From a virus, in the IMG/VR virus record IMGVR_UViG_3300045988_175328, positions 163,220 through 227,219 of that record: a stretch of DNA of 64,000 bases; one strand, 5' to 3'. Within the stretch, counting starts at the first letter, position 1. Each line of letters opens with the position of its first letter. Position numbers and translations under genes: made by a program. The notes beneath the pieces are model-generated. The model was not told the origin of the DNA and did not search any database. It saw nothing but the letters and a program-made list of their open reading frames with translations. Shown one piece after another: positions 35,320 to 43,733 of this stretch.

Positions 35320-35343
35320 GCCGGTATAGAAATATTTGCCGGC
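35320..35343 (+). promoter_or_regulatory. H3 hairpin with ATAGAAATATTT loop
   Basis: gccggt/gccggc stem (compensatory change relative to gccagt/gctggc). Confidence 0.6.
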
Positions 35344-35360
35344 TATAAAGAGGTGAAGGT

Positions 35361-35933
35361 GTGATTAGTAGTATAACCGCCACTAGACTCGTTAGTATGA
35401 TGAGTCGTGGTGACGTTTTTTATTTTGTCAGATACATGAATGGCGAATATGAGATTATAGCTCAAATTGTTAAAGGTGTCGCTAACTCTTTATATACACG
35501 CACTGAACATTTTTATTTTAAAGGCGCCAAAATATATTATTGGGAGTTTATGTCTTGGACAAAAGAAAATAAAAGAAGAGTCGGCAATTTGTATGAGATA
35601 AACATAGATGATGATATTATTACAGATATATTTTATCAAATGCACGATGAATTAAAGGACAAAGTTGGCGCCAAATATTCTAATGCATTTATGACAAGAG
35701 CTGATACTTTACTTGGTAAATTTATTAATCAGGATGATGATTATGATTACTCTTATAATAAAAAAGATTTTTATGGTTTAGAATATATTGATGAAGTAAA
35801 ATCAGATACTATACCTAATAGTATTAAAAGAACTAAAATTAAAACTATTAGTAGTATGTTCTTAGATGTTTTATGCGGCGAATGGTACTATAATATAGAT
35901 CCTAAATTAATAGATATTAAGAAAGTAAAGTAA
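35361..35933 (+). CDS. family A paralogue (KYMNG.YEI...HFYFK...IYYWE...KRTKIKTI)
   Basis: 190-aa ORF, GTG start after GAGGTGAAGG. Confidence 0.7.
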   Translation: MISSITATRLVSMMSRGDVFYFVRYMNGEYEIIAQIVKGVANSLYTRTEHFYFKGAKIYYWEFMSWTKENKRRVGNLYEINIDDDIITDIFYQMHDELKDKVGAKYSNAFMTRADTLLGKFINQDDDYDYSYNKKDFYGLEYIDEVKSDTIPNSIKRTKIKTISSMFLDVLCGEWYYNIDPKLIDIKKVK

Positions 35934-35947
35934 GAAAGGAGTAATCG

Positions 35948-36547
35948 ATGGAAGATATTAATAGATTCTATAAACATTTTGACGGCACTTTAAAGAACGG
36001 CCTTAAATTTGTCGATCTTGCTTTATTCGTATCTTTAATTAACAATAAAGATTATACTACAATATATTTCTATGAGAATAGCGATATTGAAATTAAAACT
36101 TTTAGATACGTTGTTTCAGGAGAGCGGTTATATTCTTATGAAGACATGTATATTGTTAAAGATAACTTATATTGTATAGAAAGAGTAAGAAGCAGCAATC
36201 ATTCTAATGATGATACTGTTCTTATTTCGAAACGTGTGTTTAAATATAATATATCTAATAATGATATTATTAGCGCCTATTTAGAATATAGTAGAGAATA
36301 TGACCCTAAATTAATTAAAGAATCGGCTCGAAATATAGCAAGAGCTCTTAGCTTAAAAGGAAGTATCTTTGCTTTTGAAGAAGACACATTGTCTATTGAA
36401 ATATGTCCTGGAATTGAAAGATGCAAGAAAATTGTACGAAGTACTCCATCTATTATTTCAGATATTCCGGATGTATTAATAAATAAAGAATACTTTAAGC
36501 CTGAACTTATATGGAGCGACGAAAGAGCATCAACGTTTGGCAAATAA
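35948..36547 (+). CDS. hypothetical protein, distant family A-like
   Basis: 199-aa ORF, AAGGAG RBS. Confidence 0.7.
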   Translation: MEDINRFYKHFDGTLKNGLKFVDLALFVSLINNKDYTTIYFYENSDIEIKTFRYVVSGERLYSYEDMYIVKDNLYCIERVRSSNHSNDDTVLISKRVFKYNISNNDIISAYLEYSREYDPKLIKESARNIARALSLKGSIFAFEEDTLSIEICPGIERCKKIVRSTPSIISDIPDVLINKEYFKPELIWSDERASTFGK

Positions 36548-36586
36548 AAATCCTCATTTGTGAGGCGTATTTAAAGAGCATATATT
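36546..36586 (+). promoter_or_regulatory. H2 element that coincides with a plausible sigma-A promoter
   Basis: AAAAAT A-tract, TTGTGA (36558-63), 17-nt spacer, TATATT (36581-86), 27 nt before ATG 36614. Confidence 0.5.
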
Positions 36587-36613
36587 TGTATTAATTCATA
36601 AGGAGAAATAATT

Positions 36614-37198
36614 ATGAGAACAGAAGAAGCGTTAGCTATGTTAATTGCTATGGTTAGTCATATGTATAGTGCTAAACGTTATGATTATGAATTTAGCAAA
36701 GAAATTGTATTAAATAAAAGAGTCGGCGATACTATTATTGAAGATCACTTTTTAATTGAAGGCGAAAGTGATGTATATTATTGGCGCGAAAGTAAAGATA
36801 TTGTTGACGTAGAGAACGGCTTCTTTATTTATGGAAATATTGAATATAGTAAGATCACTTCCTTTGGAAAAGATATTAATGTATTTATTTCTGAATTTAA
36901 TGAATTATGCTTAGGTGGCGATAAAGAATTATTAATGGTGCGTTACAATGCAATTAAAGAATTATTATCTGAACGCCGCAGCTCTAGAATTTATTATTTA
37001 TCTGGCGATCCGTTCGAAGATTTAGGCGGACGCAATCTCCCAAATGGTATTTCTAGATATGGATGCCGATATGGTGTTTTAGAGAAATATGCATATTTCG
37101 AAACTAAAGGCAATTCTATCGATAAAGTATATGATTTTAAATATATTGTACCTAAAGTTGTCAATAAAAATACTAATTATGTATTTATTCTTAAGTAA
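36614..37198 (+). CDS. hypothetical protein, distant family A-like (VYYWRE)
   Basis: 194-aa ORF, AAGGAG RBS. Confidence 0.7.
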   Translation: MRTEEALAMLIAMVSHMYSAKRYDYEFSKEIVLNKRVGDTIIEDHFLIEGESDVYYWRESKDIVDVENGFFIYGNIEYSKITSFGKDINVFISEFNELCLGGDKELLMVRYNAIKELLSERRSSRIYYLSGDPFEDLGGRNLPNGISRYGCRYGVLEKYAYFETKGNSIDKVYDFKYIVPKVVNKNTNYVFILK

Positions 37199-37212
37199 AA
37201 AGAAGGTTTTAT

Positions 37213-37515
37213 ATGATCAGCAAAGCTTGGCAGAAATATATATATTGGTTTGATGGTCGATTTTATGTATTAGAAGACCCTATTCGTGGAAATAAAGGAT
37301 TCTGGGAAATTGAAATCGATGAAGATACTTTTGTAAATATATTAACTGATGGATATAGATGTCAAAAATTATATTCCAAAAAAGAACATAATTATTTTGA
37401 AGTTAGCGTCTCTTATGAAACAGAAGATAGCGATAATTTTGTAACTCATACCTTATTATATGTTCCTTACTACGTAGTTTTAGAGATAATAGAAGGATTG
37501 AAGGAATCATTATGA
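37213..37515 (+). CDS. family B paralogue
   Basis: 100 aa; ...YIYWFDGRFYVLEDPIRGNKGFWEIEID...VPYYVVLEIIEGL. Confidence 0.75.
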   Translation: MISKAWQKYIYWFDGRFYVLEDPIRGNKGFWEIEIDEDTFVNILTDGYRCQKLYSKKEHNYFEVSVSYETEDSDNFVTHTLLYVPYYVVLEIIEGLKESL

Positions 37516-38072
37516 TTAATATAATGCCCGCAATGAATCTTGTTAGTATGATGACAGATGCTGAATATTATATTTTAGTTAAATATATGAATAGTGATTT
37601 TGAAATCATATCTGGAATAAATAAATATATATCTGATTCAATGTATGGTTATGATAAACATTTTTACTTTAAAGATAATACTATATACTATTGGGAAACT
37701 AATATTTTTACATCTAAAGCAAAAACCAATATAAATGTCAGTGATTTATATGAAATAGATATCGATGAAAAACAAATTAATAAATTGTTTAAAAATATGT
37801 ATCATGAATTATCAGATAAATTAGGCTCTAAATATTCAGATGCTTTTGTTGAAAGAAGAAATAGATTGTATAATAAATTTACTTCTAAGGAATCAGTTCC
37901 TATTTCTTGTCCAGAAAATAGATTAGAAATTCTTGAGATTGGAGAGAGAACTATTCCTAATAAAATAAAAAGAACTGAAATAGAAACTGTTTATAGTATT
38001 GTCTTAGAAATATTAGATACTAGATGGAATTATACTATTGATTATAATTTAATAGATATGATTAAAGCCTAA
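37512..38072 (+). CDS. family A paralogue
   Basis: 186 aa; ATGA overlap with previous gene. Confidence 0.75.
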   Translation: MINIMPAMNLVSMMTDAEYYILVKYMNSDFEIISGINKYISDSMYGYDKHFYFKDNTIYYWETNIFTSKAKTNINVSDLYEIDIDEKQINKLFKNMYHELSDKLGSKYSDAFVERRNRLYNKFTSKESVPISCPENRLEILEIGERTIPNKIKRTEIETVYSIVLEILDTRWNYTIDYNLIDMIKA

Positions 38073-38101
38073 TAATTATTTCGTATAAAAGGAGGTTTTT
38101 T

Positions 38102-38683
38102 ATGCTAAGAGAAATGGAACTTATTAGACTTGTAAGTCTTATGAGTAATGCTAATTTTTATATCTTTATTAAATATATGAATGGCAATTATGAGATTGTG
38201 GCAGAAACTTCTATTACTATGTCTGCTCATATTTATTTACATAATAAACATTTTTATTTAAAAAATGGGCAATTATATTATTGGGAAACTAAAATTAATT
38301 CAAATACTGAAACAGGAGTAGAATATAAAGAGGTTTACAATCTATATGAAATAAATATAAATAAAGATCGAATTAATCAATTATATGAGATGATGCATAA
38401 CAATTTATTAGAAAAACTTGGTTCTGATTATTCACATCAATTTGTTAAAAGAACTGATCGTTTATTCGACAGATTTACTTCTAATGAATTATATGGTCTT
38501 TATATTTATAATCATAAAAATGGAGACATGGGAAAAATGCCTTTAGAAATTAGTAATGGAACTATTCCCAGTAAACTAAAAAGAACTAAGATTAAAATTA
38601 TTAACAGTATATTATTATCTTATTCTAGTAACATATGGAAGTATTGTATAGATTACAAGTTAATTAATATGAATAAAATATAA
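38102..38683 (+). CDS. family A paralogue
   Basis: 193 aa; AAGGAGG RBS. Confidence 0.75.
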   Translation: MLREMELIRLVSLMSNANFYIFIKYMNGNYEIVAETSITMSAHIYLHNKHFYLKNGQLYYWETKINSNTETGVEYKEVYNLYEININKDRINQLYEMMHNNLLEKLGSDYSHQFVKRTDRLFDRFTSNELYGLYIYNHKNGDMGKMPLEISNGTIPSKLKRTKIKIINSILLSYSSNIWKYCIDYKLINMNKI

Positions 38684-38689
38684 GTTTTT

Positions 38690-38714
38690 TTAAGGGGCTC
38701 CGCCCCTTAACAAC
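38690..38714 (+). repeat. H5 element, divergent copy 5
   Basis: ttaaggggctccgccccttaacaac; stem kept, loop changed. Confidence 0.7.
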
Positions 38715-38748
38715 TTCGATATTTGTATTTGATATAAGGAGAAATATT

Positions 38749-39162
38749 ATGGACATCAAACAAATCTCACGATTAATTTGTATGACAAGTCAAGGAAATA
38801 GTGTTAAAACATCTTTTTTTGAAAATGCTATTTTCATGACAGTAGTTAAAAATAAAATTCTTTGTGGCACTGAATGTATTCATCAATATCATTATAAAAT
38901 TAAAGATAATGAACTTGAGTTTTTTGAAAATTTTATAGGGCCAAATGAATTTGAATTAAAATCTCCATCTTTAAAACTAAAATATAGTTTAAACGATTGG
39001 ATGGAATACTCTGAAATTATTGGTGAAGGATATGCTGAATATCGATCTGAAGAGATTGAATCAATTCTTCTAGAATATAAGAATGATCAAGAGATATTTA
39101 ATCGATCTGATTCTATTGCAGATACTGATTTCTCAATGAACATTCCTTACCATAAAAAGTAA
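38749..39162 (+). CDS. hypothetical protein, distant family A-like
   Basis: 137-aa ORF, AAGGAG RBS. Confidence 0.7.
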   Translation: MDIKQISRLICMTSQGNSVKTSFFENAIFMTVVKNKILCGTECIHQYHYKIKDNELEFFENFIGPNEFELKSPSLKLKYSLNDWMEYSEIIGEGYAEYRSEEIESILLEYKNDQEIFNRSDSIADTDFSMNIPYHKK

Positions 39163-39163
39163 C

Positions 39164-39192
39164 TTGACAGAGAATATAGTATTTGTTACAAT
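39164..39192 (+). promoter_or_regulatory. near-consensus sigma-A promoter
   Basis: TTGACA (39164-69), 17-nt spacer, TACAAT (39187-92); leader then has agctggc/gccagct hairpin. Confidence 0.7.
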
Positions 39193-39283
39193 TTAATTGT
39201 CCAATACAATAACACATTGTTTTTCTCCTGTAATTTTGCGTAAGCTGGCTTTATGCCAGCTTTTATGTTTTAGAAGGTGAGTT

Positions 39284-39787
39284 ATGTTACATGAACATTG
39301 GAAGCGATTGCAAGAACCTGTTGATGAGTTAATGCAAGAAGAATTATTGAAACACATAAAAGAATATTGTAAAGAAAATAAATCTTTAGAAGCTCAATGT
39401 TTAAATGACATACTTAATAATACTTCTAAAGAAAATATATTAGATTATTATACTTCTTTTGCTGGAGAAGACTTTAAAGAAACGAATTTAATATTTAAAT
39501 CAGTTAATGGCGCGATAGCTGCTATGATTCGATATAAAATAACTAATAACACACTAGTAACAGTTGGTATTATTGTTGCTGATAAATATAATAATAGTTC
39601 TTTCATTTATAATCTAATTAAATCTTTAAATATTCTTTTAATTAATAGATATAAATTAGATTTTACTTATGTTTTAAAAATAATCAAACAAGATCTTATC
39701 AAAGAATTTGAAAATATCAAAGATTTTAGAAATGCGTCGATTAATAAAAAAGAATTTGCTTTGTTTTTATGTTATCTTGACATGTAA
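39284..39787 (+). CDS. hypothetical protein unrelated to flanking families (moron-like insert)
   Basis: 167-aa ORF with its own promoter; interrupts run of family A genes. Confidence 0.7.
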   Translation: MLHEHWKRLQEPVDELMQEELLKHIKEYCKENKSLEAQCLNDILNNTSKENILDYYTSFAGEDFKETNLIFKSVNGAIAAMIRYKITNNTLVTVGIIVADKYNNSSFIYNLIKSLNILLINRYKLDFTYVLKIIKQDLIKEFENIKDFRNASINKKEFALFLCYLDM

Positions 39788-39805
39788 AATATTATATGTT
39801 ATTAT
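39777..39805 (+). promoter_or_regulatory. near-consensus sigma-A promoter
   Basis: TTGACA (39777-82), 17-nt spacer, TATTAT (39800-05); followed by long hairpin aaacagccccatgcag...ctgtatggggctgttt. Confidence 0.65.
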
Positions 39806-39902
39806 AATAGTGTAAGCACGCAACACTCTATTCAAAAGAAACAGCCCCATGCAGTATAATTCTGTATGGGGCTGTTTCTTATTTATGAAAGAAGGTGAGA
39901 TT

Positions 39903-40469
39903 ATGATTGATTTCATGTATATAGCTAAACTTATTAGTATTATGACTTCTAGTGATTTTTATTATGTCATTAAATATGTAAATAAAGATTATGAAGTTAT
40001 ATCTCAAACAGGAAATGAAGTAGGAGATTCAGTCTATACATATAATAAACATTTTTATTTTAAAAAGAATAAAATATACTATTGGGAATCTAAAATATTT
40101 CATTTAAATAAAGCGACAGAAACAAAAATAGAAGTTAATGATTTATATGAGATTAAAAATAATGCTCATGGAATTAATAAACGATATGAAATGATGTATG
40201 ATGATTTATTAGAAGAACTAGGTCCTGAATATTCAGAGCTCTTAGAAAAAAGAACGGATAAATTATTTGAACATCTTGTTTCTAAAGAGCCTATAGGGCT
40301 TTATTGTTATTATATCGAATCTGCTCCTGAAATTGAAAATAATATGATTCCTCCTAAATTAAAAAGAACTAAAATTAAAACTATTAATAGTTTGTTCTTA
40401 GGATTTTCTGATATTAAATATGATTATTGTATTACTTATGGATTATTAGATATAATTAAAGTTAACTAA
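39903..40469 (+). CDS. family A paralogue
   Basis: 188 aa from ATG 39903 after GAAGGTGAG (track ORF starts at 39849). Confidence 0.75.
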   Translation: MIDFMYIAKLISIMTSSDFYYVIKYVNKDYEVISQTGNEVGDSVYTYNKHFYFKKNKIYYWESKIFHLNKATETKIEVNDLYEIKNNAHGINKRYEMMYDDLLEELGPEYSELLEKRTDKLFEHLVSKEPIGLYCYYIESAPEIENNMIPPKLKRTKIKTINSLFLGFSDIKYDYCITYGLLDIIKVN

Positions 40470-40495
40470 TAATTATACATTAAGGGGGTGCGACT

Positions 40496-40960
40496 ATGCT
40501 TAGTAATCATTATATTTCAATGCTTGTTGCATTATTATCAATAGGCGATAAAATTAATGTTCAAGAACATGAAGATTGTCTTCTTGTTTCAGTCGTAAAG
40601 ACTGAAAAAGTTCAAGATAAAACATGGAAAGACATATATACTTTTGAATTTAGAGACGATATTATTTTTTTAGCAACTCATAGTACGTATAATGATAAAG
40701 ATACGTCTTTAAAAATAACTAAAGATAAAGTAATTCATTCTATTAAAATAGAGCCAAAAGAAATAGAAAACTTATATGATGAAATGTTCGATAAGTTATT
40801 TCATTTTAATAAGAAAGAGGCTCAAAAATTCATGGCGAGACGAATACAAATATGCAATTTCTTGCGACGCAAAGACTATTTAGATGGGTCTATCCAATTA
40901 AAATATCCTGAATTTAATTATGTTATGTTAAGAGAAATGTTTAACATGGAAAGATTATAG
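40496..40960 (+). CDS. hypothetical protein, distant family A-like
   Basis: 154-aa ORF, AAGGGGG RBS. Confidence 0.7.
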   Translation: MLSNHYISMLVALLSIGDKINVQEHEDCLLVSVVKTEKVQDKTWKDIYTFEFRDDIIFLATHSTYNDKDTSLKITKDKVIHSIKIEPKEIENLYDEMFDKLFHFNKKEAQKFMARRIQICNFLRRKDYLDGSIQLKYPEFNYVMLREMFNMERL

Positions 40961-40968
40961 GCAATTAA

Positions 40969-41607
40969 ATGAGCAAAGAACCAAAAAAACTAAAAATAAA
41001 TACAGAGCGCGCTTTTGATAATATGTTTAAAAATAATTTTAATAATACCATGTTAAATAATGGCATGGAATTATCGTATGCCATGGCTTTGTTTACTATT
41101 GTGAATACTACGAATATAATCAATATCTATACTTATAATAACGGAGATATTGAATTAATTGGTGAGAATAAGCATATTTTTAATTCTAGAACAAGAATAT
41201 TTAAAATTCATTTATATTTTGGCGATAAAATTTATTACTGGAAGGATTCTAGTTTAAAAGAATCTAAAGATGAAAATACTGTTCAAAAATATGCCGATGA
41301 ATACTATGAAATCTGTTTAGATAAAGAAGGAATACTTAAATTATTTAAAGAAGTTCTTAATGAATATAGCAAAGCAGAGCTCATTGAAGAAAGTATTTCA
41401 TTCTTGTATCGTTTTCAAGAAGGATTAAATAAAATAACTTATGCTAATAAATATGGCGAAGTCAGAAAACATAATGTCGATCCAAATTCCAAGATTAAAA
41501 TTAGACGAGGTTCCACATATACTTCTGTCCGAGCATTTTTTAATGATCCAAATAGACGAGAAACATCTTCTATTAATGAATCGTTTTTAAATCTACGAAT
41601 TGTTTAA
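40969..41607 (+). CDS. hypothetical protein, distant family A-like (IYYWKD)
   Basis: 212-aa ORF. Confidence 0.65.
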   Translation: MSKEPKKLKINTERAFDNMFKNNFNNTMLNNGMELSYAMALFTIVNTTNIINIYTYNNGDIELIGENKHIFNSRTRIFKIHLYFGDKIYYWKDSSLKESKDENTVQKYADEYYEICLDKEGILKLFKEVLNEYSKAELIEESISFLYRFQEGLNKITYANKYGEVRKHNVDPNSKIKIRRGSTYTSVRAFFNDPNRRETSSINESFLNLRIV

Positions 41608-41678
41608 TTTTATATTTCCATTAATATCTCATGTAATGATATAATAAAGTGATAAATACTTTTTTAAAGGAGACATAA

Positions 41679-42119
41679 ATGGAAACATATTATTCTACAC
41701 GCGATTTTTGTGAAGAAGTATTGCGAAGCTTACCATTAGAAGAATCCACTAAAATTAATTTTGGAAAAGGCAAGGGAAATTTTGGTGGATTTGAATTTAG
41801 AAATAAAGACAATCGAATTGGATATTTAACGATTGAAAATTTAGAAAATCGTACTTATTTCTATTGTCTTTTTTTCTTTATGTTTGAAGATCAATATGTG
41901 TATAGAAAAATAAAAGTCGATAAAAAGCCAAATGAAATTCTTAAAACTAAAAATCCTCCAATGCATGAAGATCCATTAGATAGAATTTTGTATGTAATGG
42001 AGAAAACTCTTTTAGATTTTAAAAGAAAGAAAACAATCATGTATACTTTAGAAGAATTAAATGGTTTATTATTCGACGCGAGTAATTATCCAAATGGGGG
42101 GGGATTTTATGAAAATTAA
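41679..42119 (+). CDS. hypothetical protein
   Basis: 146-aa ORF, AAAGGAG RBS; 3' end contains a G8 tract (42096-42103). Confidence 0.7.
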   Translation: METYYSTRDFCEEVLRSLPLEESTKINFGKGKGNFGGFEFRNKDNRIGYLTIENLENRTYFYCLFFFMFEDQYVYRKIKVDKKPNEILKTKNPPMHEDPLDRILYVMEKTLLDFKRKKTIMYTLEELNGLLFDASNYPNGGGFYEN

Positions 42120-42456
42120 ATACGAAACAATAGATGAGTTAAGTCTATCTTTAAATATATTGCTTAAATATCACTATTTAGAACCTGATAATATTAATGT
42201 TTCTAAAGGAAAAAATAAGTTTAAATTTAATTTTGAAAAAGACAAACTTAGCTTAATGCAACTTGAAATGAAGATTTTAAATAAGAAAGCATCAGGCGAA
42301 TTTTTCTTTCAAGGATGCAAAGGAACTTATTATTTTACTGTGGATCAAGAAATAGATTCATTCTATCCATTCATTGAGTATTTTGCTAAATACTATAAAT
42401 TAAATGGTCATGATAAATTATCTTTAAAATTGGAGCCAGAAAATGCAAGATTTTGA
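42109..42456 (+). CDS. hypothetical protein
   Basis: 115 aa from ATG 42109 using the G8 tract as RBS (track ORF starts at 42061). Confidence 0.65.
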   Translation: MKIKYETIDELSLSLNILLKYHYLEPDNINVSKGKNKFKFNFEKDKLSLMQLEMKILNKKASGEFFFQGCKGTYYFTVDQEIDSFYPFIEYFAKYYKLNGHDKLSLKLEPENARF

Positions 42457-42757
42457 TTTTTTAGAAATCGATTATGCTGTCGATGAAGAAGATCCTAGAT
42501 GGATAAATATTAAAAAATTAAATTTCAATAAGAATTTAAGTTGGCATAAATTTCCTGAAGATTGCCGATACAATAGTTATATTCATTTTTATAATAACGA
42601 AATAGCTATTGCTATGTACACCGAAGATGACGCTCATACTTGTATGTATATAGAAGAAGGAAAGGACGTTAACATCGTTTTGTTCGATGAGTTTAAAAAG
42701 GTTTTAAATCAACAATCTGAAGAAATAAGAAAGGTGGCATTTAATTCAAATGATTGA
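42443..42757 (+). CDS. hypothetical protein
   Basis: 104-aa ORF overlapping previous gene by 14 nt. Confidence 0.65.
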   Translation: MQDFDFLEIDYAVDEEDPRWINIKKLNFNKNLSWHKFPEDCRYNSYIHFYNNEIAIAMYTEDDAHTCMYIEEGKDVNIVLFDEFKKVLNQQSEEIRKVAFNSND

Positions 42758-43106
42758 CGATGAAATATTCCAAAAGATGCTTGTTCGATATAGAAATTAC
42801 ACTGACTTAAGTCAAGATTTCATCGAAAAAATTGAAGAATCTAACAAACAAAAAGTAATTGAACTAGAAGTTGTTGGTGTTCAAGAACCTGGAGTTTTTC
42901 ATTTACAGTTCTTCGGAGAAAGAAGTAATGTAATTGGCGAAGCCAGTATCGTATATCATCAAGGATTAATTACCGGAATTTTAGATTTCGGAAGAAAAAA
43001 CGAAGAAGTGTTTCCTTTCGAAGTATCTAATAAAAGTTTAAAGATTAATAATTTAATCCAAGAATTTGAAAAATACATTCAAGTTGATTTTATTAATGAA
43101 ATTTAG
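42750..43106 (+). CDS. hypothetical protein
   Basis: 118-aa ORF overlapping previous gene by 8 nt. Confidence 0.65.
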   Translation: MIDDEIFQKMLVRYRNYTDLSQDFIEKIEESNKQKVIELEVVGVQEPGVFHLQFFGERSNVIGEASIVYHQGLITGILDFGRKNEEVFPFEVSNKSLKINNLIQEFEKYIQVDFINEI

Positions 43107-43107
43107 C

Positions 43108-43139
43108 AGCCGCCCTTCGGGGCGGCTTATTTTTATTTT
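43108..43139 (+). terminator. intrinsic terminator with UUCG loop
   Basis: agccgccc-ttcg-gggcggct then tatttttatttt. Confidence 0.9.
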
Positions 43140-43140
43140 C

Positions 43141-43156
43141 AACCGTCTCCAACGGA
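43141..43156 (+). repeat. 16-nt direct repeat aaccgtctccaacgga, right copy
   Basis: exact match to 28974-28989. Confidence 0.85.
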
Positions 43157-43168
43157 ACAAGATGAATT

Positions 43169-43615
43169 ATGCAGAACGAAAAAAGAGCGTATCTGATCTT
43201 AGAGATGTTCTATCAAACAGGGAATGAAATTGTTTTCAGTGCCTTCAATAGAACCAATCAAGTGTCTTCCAGATATACAAATTGCTATTATCGAAATGGT
43301 TTTTGTCAAAGACAAATTTTATTTGACGGAGGCAAGGTTTATCGATACGAAGTAGTCGAAGATTTAGATACAAAAATTAATCATGTGGCTCATCAATCTT
43401 GTATTAGATATAAAGACTATGACCACATTAAACCTATTATGGAAAAAGAATTGATCGCTCGATATGGTATAACTAAATATGAGCGATATCTTAATTTAAT
43501 TGACAGAGCCTGCAATGAAACATACGGCTCATTTACAACAGAATTTTATTCCTTTTCAATTCCTCCAATTGGAGAATATGACGATACATTAGAAGACATA
43601 GAGGTGATATTTTGA
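43169..43615 (+). CDS. hypothetical protein
   Basis: 148-aa ORF. Confidence 0.65.
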   Translation: MQNEKRAYLILEMFYQTGNEIVFSAFNRTNQVSSRYTNCYYRNGFCQRQILFDGGKVYRYEVVEDLDTKINHVAHQSCIRYKDYDHIKPIMEKELIARYGITKYERYLNLIDRACNETYGSFTTEFYSFSIPPIGEYDDTLEDIEVIF

Positions 43616-43707
43616 GTCCGGCATTTGTTGTTTTTGGATATATTTTAGTATTATTATTAATTGCGGCCATTTTATGGGCGCTAGAAATACTATTATTTAA
43701 CAAGTAA
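43612..43707 (+). CDS. possible 31-aa hydrophobic peptide
   Basis: TTG start 5 nt after GAGGTG, overlaps previous stop; SPAFVVFGYILVLLLIAAILWALEILLFNK. Confidence 0.35.
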   Translation: MSPAFVVFGYILVLLLIAAILWALEILLFNK

Positions 43708-43733
43708 TTTATTCTTTAAAAAGGAGAACTCTC

